A DNA stretch of 64,000 nt from a virus: positions 32,001 through 96,000 of IMG/VR virus record IMGVR_UViG_3300029286_002355. One strand, written 5' to 3'. The notes under the pieces are model-generated. The model did not search any database. It was not told the DNA's origin and was given only the letters and a program-made list of their open reading frames with translations. Below, piece after piece: positions 26,695 through 36,589 of the stretch. Made by a program: the position numbers and the translations under genes. Numbering within the stretch: position 1 is the stretch's first letter; each line of letters starts with the position of its first letter.

Positions 26695-27671
26695 TATCTC
26701 CTTACTTTAGCCAGATATTTCTTCCCATCCTCTGTAAGAATTCGGCCCTTTGTTGTGCTCCGAATCATTCCCAGTTCTCTAGGACGAACTTCAATTTCCG
26801 ACTCAATGTTTTCTTCGTTAACCATCATTTTGAAAGCAATGTTGGCGCAGGAAATTGGCTGCTCATTTTCAATTATACCTAAAAGATCAACTTCCTGACG
26901 ATTTAATCCTTTCGGGAAAATACCCAATATGTTTTTCAATTCTCGCCAATGATTTTCTGTCAGAACCATAGCTGCTTGTCTTGTAAAATATCGTGTATTT
27001 TTGAAATAACGCTTAATATCATCGGCCAACATATAAGCGTCTCTTCCTCTGCCTCTACAAGCATCAGACAAATCTTCTGTATTGCAAGTTATCTTTACGT
27101 TCGGACAATAGAGTGCTAGCATTTTCAGCAATTCTGCATTACTGTATGCATTAAAATAAACTCTCTTGCAACGATCCAACAGTGGTTTAAACATTTTGAA
27201 AGCATCCGTAGTGGCGAAAACCATATTGATCTTACTTTTGTCATAGTTGATAGCCGAATCCCCGGACAGGATAGTTCTAATATTTTTTGTCCCTGTATCC
27301 AGAAGCGTCAATAATACAGTGGTAATGTCTTTGCTTAACCGATGGGCTTCATCCATGAGAATACTTACTGGAGTTTCACCAAGAACTCTTTCAATTAAAA
27401 TCTTGGAGAAAAACTCATCAACGGTTTCAATAGAGCCGCAATTGACTTCCACAAACCTACGCTGCAGGCTCAGAGCAACTTTAGAGGCAATCAGGGTTTT
27501 ACCTAATCCGTGAGAACCCGTAAATAAGAGCGTAGGGACGTTGATTTCCTCATCATGAGTAAGATATAGGTCAAGCTTGTTACGAACTTCCATTTGACCA
27601 ATTACACCAGAGAAGTCAAGACAAGTGGGCTTTTCCACCGCATTCCCGCTAATCAAGTTAATCGTTTTCAT
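26694..27671 (-). CDS. ruvB: RuvB-like AAA+ ATPase
   Basis: FSGVIGQ, GSHGLGKT, MDEAH, ATTD, PLLDR, CRGRGR, C-terminal winged-helix-like GLN...TTKGRILT. Confidence 0.75.
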   Translation of the reverse strand: MKTINLISGNAVEKPTCLDFSGVIGQMEVRNKLDLYLTHDEEINVPTLLFTGSHGLGKTLIASKVALSLQRRFVEVNCGSIETVDEFFSKILIERVLGETPVSILMDEAHRLSKDITTVLLTLLDTGTKNIRTILSGDSAINYDKSKINMVFATTDAFKMFKPLLDRCKRVYFNAYSNAELLKMLALYCPNVKITCNTEDLSDACRGRGRDAYMLADDIKRYFKNTRYFTRQAAMVLTENHWRELKNILGIFPKGLNRQEVDLLGIIENEQPISCANIAFKMMVNEENIESEIEVRPRELGMIRSTTKGRILTEDGKKYLAKVRR

Positions 27672-27697
27672 GTCATCCTTTCTTATTCTTTAAGGAT

Positions 27698-27726
27698 ACT
27701 ATAACAGAAAGACGGTTAATTGTCAA
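27698..27726 (-). promoter_or_regulatory. sigma70-type promoter
   Basis: TTGACA-17-TATAGT. Confidence 0.7.
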
Positions 27727-27735
27727 GCCCTTTTA

Positions 27736-28662
27736 TTAGCCTTTTTTCTTCTTCTTTATTTTCGCCTTTTTCTTCTTTTTAGGAGGCCCGAATTTAAAAT
27801 GACGATCCTGAACTTGGAAAGGCAATTGCAAAATACCTTCCCCATGTTTTATTTTTATCATTAGCTTCTTTTTGAGATTGGCAAGAGCTTTTTCCCTGAT
27901 TTGTCGAATTCTTTCTCCTGTAATTCCATATTTTTTACCAAGGGTTGATAGTTTTGTTTTGTCGGCATCGAGACATTGAGAAATAACCACATCCCTGCTT
28001 ATCTCGTCCAGTTCATCCAGAATTTCATAAAGATAATTATAGTCTCCAAGTGATTTTGCGTTACCATCGGGAGAAACAGTTTTTTCGTCAGCAATGAAAT
28101 CCCCGAAAGAAGCGGCATTTTCCTCTTCACCATTTCCGATAGGCTGGTTCATAGAAATCGATGAGATATGAGCCTGTCGTATCTTGTCAACAGCTTTTGA
28201 AGTAATTTCAAGTTCTTCCTTGAGTTCATCGTTAGTGACATCGATTCCGTCATTTTCTTCTACCATCTTTTTATGTTTGATAACCCCATTGACAACATGA
28301 ATGGGTATCTTGACAGGAGCCGAATGATAGATCAACTCTTTTATTCTTTGTTGAATCCACTGAGTTGCGTAAGTTGAAAAACGGGTTTTAAACTTAGGAT
28401 CGAACATAAGTGCCGCTTTTACCAAGCCAGATTTTGCCGCAGAATAGAGTTCTCCGACATCAGTAGAACAACGGTGAGAGTAATAAAAAGCTTGTTTAGC
28501 AGCCCATCGAAGATTGTGTTTAACTAGTTCCTCAATAGCTTTTTCTCTTTGCTTACCACCCTTGAAGGAACGGATGGTGCGGATAAGCTCTTTTTCTCGT
28601 TTAACGGTCAAAAGAGGTATCCCCTTAACTTCTTCGATAAAATTCATAGAACTGTTCAACAT
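27736..28662 (-). CDS. RNA polymerase sigma factor, sigma70 family
   Basis: Region 2 HNLRWA..GLVKA..FDP..RFSTYATQWI; region 4 YGITGERIRQIREKAL; start MLNSS with SD gaaagga. Confidence 0.92.
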   Translation of the reverse strand: MLNSSMNFIEEVKGIPLLTVKREKELIRTIRSFKGGKQREKAIEELVKHNLRWAAKQAFYYSHRCSTDVGELYSAAKSGLVKAALMFDPKFKTRFSTYATQWIQQRIKELIYHSAPVKIPIHVVNGVIKHKKMVEENDGIDVTNDELKEELEITSKAVDKIRQAHISSISMNQPIGNGEEENAASFGDFIADEKTVSPDGNAKSLGDYNYLYEILDELDEISRDVVISQCLDADKTKLSTLGKKYGITGERIRQIREKALANLKKKLMIKIKHGEGILQLPFQVQDRHFKFGPPKKKKKAKIKKKKKG

Positions 28663-28735
28663 ATTACCTATTCCTTTCTTGGGCGCACAACGTATCATGA
28701 ATAGATGATGAATGTCAAGCATTATTTACAATTTT

Positions 28736-29623
28736 TTATAACAGTACGGCTCCTGTATATTTCCAATCATACCCGATGGTTCCGTCAGGGTAGAAAATAA
28801 TTTGGCGCATGTTCTCACTCGTATCGTTAGTTGTCAAGCAATTACTCAGGCAAAGATTCTGCCCCCTAAAATCATAGACTGTTGCACCATGAGCCAGATG
28901 CAATATGGGTTTCCCAACCGATTCAACGTGATGAATAATTGCTCTCTTTTTCAATTCCGGCAAGGTATGTAAGTCTACCCATTGCGCTACTTTACTGTTA
29001 TCTTCAACTCTTACAATCGGACGCAAAGTAAGTTGCTTGATTTTGTTTTCTATGCAAAAATTCACAACGTCATCAATGTCCCCGCAATTTGAAACAAAAC
29101 CATTCAGCATCATAATCGAGAGGCGAACAGTAAACCCCTTATCTATCAGAATTTTTGCGGTTGTCTTGATGTCAGGATATTTGTCTCCATAAATCTTCTT
29201 ATTGGCTGTTTGATGAACACTGACAGCAGACAAAGCCACGGTTGTCAAGCCTAGTTTGTACCAATCGGCCAAGTAGTCAAAAGAGTAGTCAACTGTTTCT
29301 TCATTTAAATCTCCTTTGAGTTCACCATTGCCAATTTGCATACCGTTGGTTTGGAGTTCGATGAATGGGAATTTAAATCCACTATCCCTGATGATACTAA
29401 GATAGCTTGAAATCAAACTGGGATACAAAGTGGGTTCTCCTTTCCCTGTAAATAGGATTGTCGTTGCATCTGCTCTGTCTGCCAACGAAAGGGCTACATT
29501 GAAGTTACGCCAGTTGACTTTGGTTGAAAGTTTATGCTTGGGCGTTTGTTTGGACACACAAAACGGACATGTGGCATTACAAGCGTTAGTTCCAACCACA
29601 ACCGACATTGTTTGAATCTTCAT
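28736..29623 (-). CDS. Radical SAM protein
   Basis: CNATCPFC (CxxxCxxC), FTGKGEPTL, LQTNG. Confidence 0.9.
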   Translation of the reverse strand: MKIQTMSVVVGTNACNATCPFCVSKQTPKHKLSTKVNWRNFNVALSLADRADATTILFTGKGEPTLYPSLISSYLSIIRDSGFKFPFIELQTNGMQIGNGELKGDLNEETVDYSFDYLADWYKLGLTTVALSAVSVHQTANKKIYGDKYPDIKTTAKILIDKGFTVRLSIMMLNGFVSNCGDIDDVVNFCIENKIKQLTLRPIVRVEDNSKVAQWVDLHTLPELKKRAIIHHVESVGKPILHLAHGATVYDFRGQNLCLSNCLTTNDTSENMRQIIFYPDGTIGYDWKYTGAVLL

Positions 29624-29653
29624 AATAGATACTCCTTTCCTATTGTTCTAAGC

Positions 29654-29682
29654 ATACTACTAGAAGAAGGAATAAATGTCAA
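29654..29682 (-). promoter_or_regulatory. sigma70-type promoter
   Basis: TTGACA-17-TAGTAT. Confidence 0.7.
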
Positions 29683-29690
29683 GAGGAAAT

Positions 29691-29900
29691 TTAATCTATT
29701 TCTAGGCTTCTGATAGGGCCTAATTCTTCAAAATTTATGTCGGGCGTTTCCATCTTTTCAAAATTAGAAGAAATCGACACAGTTTTTATCATATCTGGTT
29801 TCATCAGTGCTTTACCAGCGACAATGGTATCATAATATCCCTTGCCATAAAGCTGATCAATTGCTTTTTTATAATCTAGTTCTTGTTCGTCTTTAGTCAT
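29691..29900 (-). CDS. Hypothetical protein
   Basis: 69-aa ORF. Confidence 0.55.
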   Translation of the reverse strand: MTKDEQELDYKKAIDQLYGKGYYDTIVAGKALMKPDMIKTVSISSNFEKMETPDINFEELGPIRSLEID

Positions 29901-30151
29901 ATTTCCAAGCTCCCAATGGTATTAAATTCCACTGCTGGTTCGTTATTGTTCGTTAAAGAATTTTCTTTTTTAGACCCGTCATCAGATAAGTTTTTCCCCA
30001 TAAGTTTCTCAATGTCTGTTCGCTCTAGTATCCCGATAAGAAATTTCAGTTCATCCTTATTTTTACATAACACTTTAATATCGGCCAATATAACAGGAGA
30101 AAAATCGTTGCTTCGATACAAATTTTCTATACTACTAATTTTCGCTTCCAT
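29897..30151 (-). CDS. Hypothetical protein
   Basis: 84-aa ORF. Confidence 0.55.
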   Translation of the reverse strand: MEAKISSIENLYRSNDFSPVILADIKVLCKNKDELKFLIGILERTDIEKLMGKNLSDDGSKKENSLTNNNEPAVEFNTIGSLEI

Positions 30152-30752
30152 CTTTCTCCGAAAATATATCAGGTTTTGAATTCATGTGATCTATTATTTC
30201 TTTCCAAGACCAAGGGAAAAATCTCTTATGGGTTTCAGTTTCCATGTCCACTCCTACATCCGTTGATTTATGAAGATCAGGAAGATTTGAATGAGAGTGT
30301 CCATATAAATGTATGCTGCCCTTAAATGCACTGGGCCAGCTTCTAAGAGCATAATGTCCCACAAAAACTCTTTGGCCTTCTATTTCCAACATTTTGTAAA
30401 TAGAAAAAGTAGGATCTTGAATAGCTAATTCTCCACCCATTATCTGCAATTTACCGGACTTAATCATATCCCTTAACAAACCCCTTGCGTAAGCCTGTCG
30501 TAGAGGTTTGTCGTGATTGCCCAAAAAAATTGTATGTTTACCGTTTAGTTGTTTAAGGAAATCGGCAACATAAAAAGGCGAACATTTATAGCCGACATCT
30601 CCAAGATTAGTAGTTTCATCGGCATCGGTAACAATTGAATTGTGATTAGAAACAATCGTTTTGTCTTGATCCTGAATATACTTAAATGGTCTATTGCATA
30701 GGAAAAGAATATTCGAATGACCGGCGTGATAATCTGAAGTAAAATAGTGCAT
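30135..30752 (-). CDS. Metallophosphoesterase (phage type)
   Basis: FTSDYHAGH, LGDV, GNHD, LYGHSH. Confidence 0.9.
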   Translation of the reverse strand: MHYFTSDYHAGHSNILFLCNRPFKYIQDQDKTIVSNHNSIVTDADETTNLGDVGYKCSPFYVADFLKQLNGKHTIFLGNHDKPLRQAYARGLLRDMIKSGKLQIMGGELAIQDPTFSIYKMLEIEGQRVFVGHYALRSWPSAFKGSIHLYGHSHSNLPDLHKSTDVGVDMETETHKRFFPWSWKEIIDHMNSKPDIFSEKDGSEN

Positions 30753-30754
30753 AT

Positions 30755-31378
30755 TTAATAAAGTTTCCCATCTTTTCTAGCTAATTGGCCCAGATACCCT
30801 GAATGGTGATATTTTCCATATTCTTCTCTTGTTAGCCCTTTCTCTTCTGATGCAATAAGAGCTAAGGCATCGGTTAAGCACTGTATAACCAAAATAGAAG
30901 TTGTTGGGGCAAGTTTAAGTTCCCCTGCTTCTTCAATTTCTCCCATATCAATTACAAAATCAGCTTTTTCTCTTACAGGGCTATCGGGATGAGAAGTTAT
31001 ACCAATAATATATTTAACATTAACATTTCTAGCCAAATCCATTATCTCCATGACTTCTCTTGTTTTACCCGAAGTAGAAGCCACAAATAGAATATCTTTA
31101 GATCCAACAAGTCCTAGATCACCATGAGAAGCTTCGCCGGGGTGGAGATAACAAGAAGGCATACCCAACGAACAAAGGGTAGAAGAAAACTTTTGCATGG
31201 CTATACCGGCTTTTCCCATGCCTGTGGTAATTATTTTTCCCTTGCAAGTTTTAAGGAGATCAACAACCCTAAGAAAATTATTGTCGGCACTTAAACGTTC
31301 TATGGTTGCTGAAAACTGTTTAAATATTTGATTTGCCTTTTTGATTCTTTCGTTGCTTTTTCTTTTCATTTTTTGCAT
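30755..31378 (-). CDS. SIS-domain sugar-phosphate isomerase, KdsD/GutQ-like, without CBS domains
   Basis: TGMGKAG, HPGEASHGDLG, STSGKTRE, APTTS, YHHSGYLG. Confidence 0.88.
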   Translation of the reverse strand: MQKMKRKSNERIKKANQIFKQFSATIERLSADNNFLRVVDLLKTCKGKIITTGMGKAGIAMQKFSSTLCSLGMPSCYLHPGEASHGDLGLVGSKDILFVASTSGKTREVMEIMDLARNVNVKYIIGITSHPDSPVREKADFVIDMGEIEEAGELKLAPTTSILVIQCLTDALALIASEEKGLTREEYGKYHHSGYLGQLARKDGKLY

Positions 31379-31883
31379 CCTTTGTCTCTTTCAAGTCTTT
31401 TGATCGCTCTGGGTTTTCTATTGATTGCGAATTTGGCGTAGCGGGGATAAAGAATGGCCCTCTTATAACAACATCGGAAGAATCGGAAGAATCGGATTGA
31501 TTTTTTTCCACAATATCTTCCATTATCTTATGCAAAATGTCCTGAATAGCATTTGGGTATTGGGAGCTTTTAGAACTATCTTTTTCTACTTGACTATTCT
31601 TAAGTACCAACTCCAACGATTCATCAAAAGACTTGTTCTTATTTTCATGTGGGATGGGGCCATTTCGCATAATAACTAATTGTTGAAGTTCTTCGATAGT
31701 ACATTCTCCATTTTGAATCATCCGCTTGAAAAAGTTAAATTTTTGAGCTATAGCTTTTTGAATAGATACAGCTTCGTCTATATCACCGGGGACAAAAGCA
31801 AGTCCACTGGTCGCTTCGTAGTTTGCCAACTGGAATAGAAGTTGATCCATCATCATTACTTCTCTTAGTGAATATCTTCTCAT
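31320..31883 (-). CDS. Hypothetical protein
   Basis: 187-aa ORF. Confidence 0.65.
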   Translation of the reverse strand: MRRYSLREVMMMDQLLFQLANYEATSGLAFVPGDIDEAVSIQKAIAQKFNFFKRMIQNGECTIEELQQLVIMRNGPIPHENKNKSFDESLELVLKNSQVEKDSSKSSQYPNAIQDILHKIMEDIVEKNQSDSSDSSDVVIRGPFFIPATPNSQSIENPERSKDLKETKDAKNEKKKQRKNQKGKSNI

Positions 31884-31953
31884 ATTTTGTTACTTCTTAA
31901 TTTGGCTGTCTTTCCCCTAGTTTTTTTTCAATATATTTAGAATCTCGAATAAT

Positions 31954-32232
31954 TTAAATCGGCACATTTTCGGAATATGCAGCACCGTTGGGAATATGCA
32001 TCCATCGTTTAACATATTTATCAGGGAAAGGCGGCAGAGTTGTAGTAGGAATTGTATCCCATTCTCTTTTTTCGTAGTTAAACTGGCCACAAAAAAATCC
32101 CGCTACATTTGCGTTTGGCGGTTTAGTTTCAAAAAATACCAAGACGGAATAAGGACTACTATTATCAATTAAAGGTGGTTTTGCCACCCAATTATCAAAC
32201 CATACTTCGTTATCTGTTTTCCCATTAATCAT
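31954..32232 (-). CDS. Hypothetical protein
   Basis: 92-aa ORF, SD aaggag. Confidence 0.6.
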   Translation of the reverse strand: MINGKTDNEVWFDNWVAKPPLIDNSSPYSVLVFFETKPPNANVAGFFCGQFNYEKREWDTIPTTTLPPFPDKYVKRWMHIPNGAAYSENVPI

Positions 32233-32246
32233 TGTGCTCCTTTAAA

Positions 32247-33425
32247 TTAAGGCTTTCCAAGACTACTAATCGCTCCCATTTCATCAATTTCTACAATGTC
32301 TTCTGGGAGTATTTCTCTACCATTAGGATCTCTTTCATAACCAAATACGTCAATATCATTATACAAGGAATGAATATCGTAATATTCAAGATACTCCACT
32401 AATTTCTTCTTGTCAAAAACTTCTGGTTCTATAGGCGGTAAAGACTCAATGTAATCCATCTTCTTCAAGCTATAAGCCAATTTAATTCGTTTTTGGAACA
32501 TAAGAGCCATAAGTGTTGTTTTCGGCATTTTAACTTCTCCCCTTTCAAAAGCCATGGCAACCCCGGTATAAGGCATATCAAAAGTAATGTCGGGGTATTT
32601 TAATCTTGATTTCTCGTTTGTTGGATCTGATCTGATTGCCTTAAAATCATCGAACACTTTTCTAGCATCTGGCAATCTTGCGTTTTCTGGAAGTTTCTCG
32701 TTTTCGCATATATCCATGTATTTTTTTCTTAACTCCCCAAACTCTTTCTCGTAAGCTGCAATAACTTTTTCCCAACTGCCATATTTCTTGATTTCTTTTA
32801 CGGCTGTCTTTTCGCCCCATCCCGGAACGCCAAAGATATTGTCACCATCGTCTCCCATTAGTGCGCCAACATCTATCCATTGACTCGATTGAATTCCATA
32901 TTCTGCGGCAAGGCTTTTTTCTGTTACTTCTTTTTGCTTCATGGCATCATAAATGGATACATTCTTGTCCAATAGCTGTCGGTAATCTTTATCGCTAGTG
33001 ATGCAAATAATTTCATTGTCATTTTTCAAAATTTTACAATAACTGGCTATGACATCATCAGCCTCAAATTCTGGCAATCGTATCTGTGGAATTCCTGTTG
33101 CCCCTATGCCTCTTTGTAAATAAGGAGACTGAGCATAAAAATCTAGTAAGGGCTTTGGTTGAGGCCCTTTCTTTCTATTCTCCTTATATCCTTCGGGAAC
33201 AACACCATTGGAAACGGCTTCAAGAGATTCTTTCATTCGTCTAGCTGATTTGCCATCCCATACCATTAAAAATTGCCAATCGCTGAATTTTTTCTCCAAG
33301 AGAATAAGACTTTGAAGAACCCCGAAATGAACTCCAGTGGGTATTCCATTTGTACTCGTCAACTGCTCGTTAGCAAATGAACATCGGCAAGCTAAATTGC
33401 TTCCATCTATAAGTAAATATTTCAT
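32247..33425 (-). CDS. 5'-3' exonuclease / flap endonuclease (PIN/FEN family)
   Basis: LIDGSN, EADDVIAS, TSDKDYRQL, LMGDDGDNIFGVPGWGEKTA. Confidence 0.93.
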   Translation of the reverse strand: MKYLLIDGSNLACRCSFANEQLTSTNGIPTGVHFGVLQSLILLEKKFSDWQFLMVWDGKSARRMKESLEAVSNGVVPEGYKENRKKGPQPKPLLDFYAQSPYLQRGIGATGIPQIRLPEFEADDVIASYCKILKNDNEIICITSDKDYRQLLDKNVSIYDAMKQKEVTEKSLAAEYGIQSSQWIDVGALMGDDGDNIFGVPGWGEKTAVKEIKKYGSWEKVIAAYEKEFGELRKKYMDICENEKLPENARLPDARKVFDDFKAIRSDPTNEKSRLKYPDITFDMPYTGVAMAFERGEVKMPKTTLMALMFQKRIKLAYSLKKMDYIESLPPIEPEVFDKKKLVEYLEYYDIHSLYNDIDVFGYERDPNGREILPEDIVEIDEMGAISSLGKP

Positions 33426-33453
33426 TATTCCATTCCTTTGTTATTTAGAGATA

Positions 33454-34386
33454 TTATACAGTTTTTGCCCAATGATGAATGGCTTCTTTTATTCTTTTAT
33501 CTAACCCCGCTAATTTGCATTCAATCCAAAGCTCTTCTAACCTTTTCACATCCCCTTTGTTATTGTATGTCCATTGTCTTGATTTTAAATAGGGGATTCG
33601 TCGTCTAGAAATCATTTTCCCTGTGTAAACGTTCCATAAAATAGCGGCGTAAAAATCAGCCTTATATGCATCAGGTAGATTCGTCCATGGCTTATATGAT
33701 TCGGGCATTAAATAGCTTAATAACGCAGGCCATATAGGAGAAATGTAGATGCCTTTTTCGCAGTTGATTTCGATAGGAATAGACCATTGCACGAAATAAG
33801 GAATTACAGCATAATCATAATAAATATATGCTTCTCCATCAATGTATCTTTGTTGACCTGTGGCTAAAACTCCCGCCATAAAGGAAATAGAATCCCTTGA
33901 ATAAGGAAGGTATAACGATGGAACGTGAGACCAAATATATCTATTTTCACCATATTTTTTGAGACTTTTTTTAACAATGATTTTGCCAGAGAACGGAGAA
34001 TCGCTAATAGTATTGGCTAAGTTCGTATTTCCAGACCATTTGAAAGCGGGGAAATGGGTTTTAAACCACGACACTTTACCGGCAGTAGTAAGTCCGGCAA
34101 CAAAATCTCCATTCCATATGCTTGCATTAATTTTAATGTGATTTCTTATATACCACTTGATATACGGTACAGGAGCATTACGAATAACAGTTTTGACAGA
34201 AGGGGGTGGAATTCCTTCAATACCGTCTAGATCCCACATTTGGCTAAGAATATCGTTGGTAAGTCCTTTTCGTCCTTTGAAAAGAAATATTTTTGACGCA
34301 ATTTCACAATATTTGATACGAAGTCTATTGGCTATATTTCTTGTATTATCGATTAAATAATAGGGTTTGGGTGTTAAGGAGATCAT
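33454..34386 (-). CDS. Hypothetical protein
   Basis: 310-aa ORF; no family recognised. Confidence 0.75.
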   Translation of the reverse strand: MISLTPKPYYLIDNTRNIANRLRIKYCEIASKIFLFKGRKGLTNDILSQMWDLDGIEGIPPPSVKTVIRNAPVPYIKWYIRNHIKINASIWNGDFVAGLTTAGKVSWFKTHFPAFKWSGNTNLANTISDSPFSGKIIVKKSLKKYGENRYIWSHVPSLYLPYSRDSISFMAGVLATGQQRYIDGEAYIYYDYAVIPYFVQWSIPIEINCEKGIYISPIWPALLSYLMPESYKPWTNLPDAYKADFYAAILWNVYTGKMISRRRIPYLKSRQWTYNNKGDVKRLEELWIECKLAGLDKRIKEAIHHWAKTV

Positions 34387-34826
34387 AAGGGTTCTTGAAG
34401 CGGATCGTATTCTGATAAAGAAGGTTGGGTAACTTGGGGAACTAATATTATTTTTTTCCCCATTGCTATTGCTTTTTTTATGGTATCTTCGGTTCCACCT
34501 TTGCGATCAGAGGCTACTACGGCAATTAAAACATCGGAATCTTTAGCAATTAGAGTGTTTCTAGCGAAGTTGATTTCAGCATAAGCCCATCTAGGATTCT
34601 GTTTTAGTTTTACGGGATCAAGCTTAGATTTGTCGGGATAGTGGATTATTTTTTGGGTATGGTATTCTTCTATAAAGATTTTTGCAAACCTATCGCCACC
34701 CTTGGGACAGCCTCCGGAAACAATAATATCGCCCTCTTCGTAAATCTCCAAAAAGATTTTTCTACAGGCGTCTAGGTCTTCTTTTGTATCTCTTCTTCTA
34801 GATCCCACTATACCTATATTTTTCAT
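34383..34826 (-). CDS. SLOG-superfamily (DUF2493/DprA-like) protein, likely leaderless
   Basis: IGIVGSR, VSGGCPKGGD, ARNTLIA, GGTEDT; TATAAT 6 nt upstream of ATG. Confidence 0.8.
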   Translation of the reverse strand: MKNIGIVGSRRRDTKEDLDACRKIFLEIYEEGDIIVSGGCPKGGDRFAKIFIEEYHTQKIIHYPDKSKLDPVKLKQNPRWAYAEINFARNTLIAKDSDVLIAVVASDRKGGTEDTIKKAIAMGKKIILVPQVTQPSLSEYDPLQEPL

Positions 34827-34844
34827 ACCATTATTATACAAAAC

Positions 34845-36589
34845 CTAGCTAAATTGCAGCTTTTGCTTAAGGTCAAGGTAGTCCTGATTTAATATTTCTC
34901 TAGAATAGTTTTTATAATGTTCAGGAAGATAACGCCTATCGGAACAAGCTAATACCGCTGCTAATTCTTGTAGCCGTAGAAGCATGGGGTCAAGAGGATC
35001 AATGAACGAATCCACCGCCTCTTCAAAATCATTTGCTGTAACATTATCGTCTCGTTTAGCTATAACCGCCTTCTCTTTGGCCCGAATAACAATAGCTTCA
35101 ACATCACTCCCTGTTAAGCTACACTCTCCCATTTTCCTGTTGATCGAATTTCTTGTTTCATCTGTCAAAACAATAGCATTAGTTTTACAGACAGTTTCAA
35201 AAAGATCCATAACCTCTCCAGAATTTTGACTGGGGAAAAGAGGAATACAGAGGCCGAATCTTCCTTGACGTTTCATATCAATGGAAAGAAGATCGGGGCG
35301 AGATGTCATAGCTATCCAAAGTTCTCTTCCACGCAACGAAGTATCTCCAATGTAAGCTGCAATAGAAGAGAAAACTCTGGATGACACCCCGCTATCACCA
35401 GAAGCATTTCTGTTTCCCAAAGCCGCATCCGCTTCGTCAATAACAACGATAATAGGGCCAAGCGATTTAATAGTCATAAGAATTCTGGACAATTGTTTTT
35501 CGGTATCGCCAACCCACTTAGATCTGAAATCTCCCATAATCATAACTGGCAGTCCACATTCGCTAGCAAAACAACTGACCAAGAATGATTTCCCAACACC
35601 CACTCTCCCGGAAGTAAAATTCCTCTTTCTAGAACATTGCCCTTACCATCCTTTATCAGTTGGGCAATTTCACGCAATCTAGCTTTTGCCGCCGTATGGG
35701 TAGCAACATTTTCCAAACTGATACCTCTTTTAGGTTCCATAAATTGAACTAGTCCTTGGCAATACTCTTCGATCAATACCTTTTTCCGTTGAGAAAGATA
35801 CTTCCAATCTATTCTTATATTGTTATGAATGGCTTCCCCAAGAAGATGTTGGATTCGGACAAGATTTAAACCCGATGCCCTGCTAGCGAGTTGTTTGATG
35901 TCAAAATCGCAAAACTGTGACAATTGAGATTCTCCCAATAAGCCACTCATCCAAGTTGAATCGGAAAGGAAAGCCTCTCTTTCTTCGCCTGTGGGGAGTG
36001 GGATATTAACTTGGGCGAAATATGGATTGCGAACAATATCTGATTGAAGCTCAGAAATACTTTCCGTCAACAGAAATATTCCGATATCTGAATTACGCAT
36101 TTCTGGAGAGATGCCCCATTTTAGCATCGAAACGGTTGCCATTCTTTCTTCTTGACTCATGCCTCCACCCGACTCAGGAATAATTTTTTCAGCAAAGTCA
36201 ATGATTAGAGTGACTCCTTTCTTTTCATCGGTTGCCTTCATGAAAAATCTACGGAGGAGAGGGACAAGCTTCAAAAATTCTTTGGGAAGATTATTTTGAT
36301 AATTCGTCTTTTCTGTTTGATCGTAAATCTCAAGCCATTTGAAAAAGTCTGCCTGCATTATTTTTGACCCAAAGGTTAATCCATCACTAATGTCGTAATA
36401 GAGCAAATAGGGTCTGTCCTTGAATATCCGATTGGCAAGGAATGACTTCAAGGAAACATATTTGGTTCTTTCAAACGAGTTTTGAACCGGGAAAACATCA
36501 AATATATTACCGTATAGAACAAAGACAGAATAGGTTTGACTATTCCATTTTCGAACCAGCTCTGTTAGCCAAGAAGTGTTATCGTTCAT
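34845..36589 (-). pseudogene. AAA+ ATPase with a 1-nt frameshift inside Walker A (~35610)
   Basis: Frame 1 ends ERGILLPG; frame 2 continues RVGVGKSFL, VVIDEAD, MTSRPDLL, RQGRF; adding one base gives GRVGVGKS. Confidence 0.75.

Noticed and set aside
33454-34386. Degenerate LAGLIDADG nuclease (SFMAGVLATG)
   Set aside because: Single weak motif without the catalytic acidic residue; left as hypothetical.
35600-35625. Programmed ribosomal frameshift in the AAA ATPase
   Set aside because: No X XXY YYZ slippery site or evident stimulatory structure; indel more likely.
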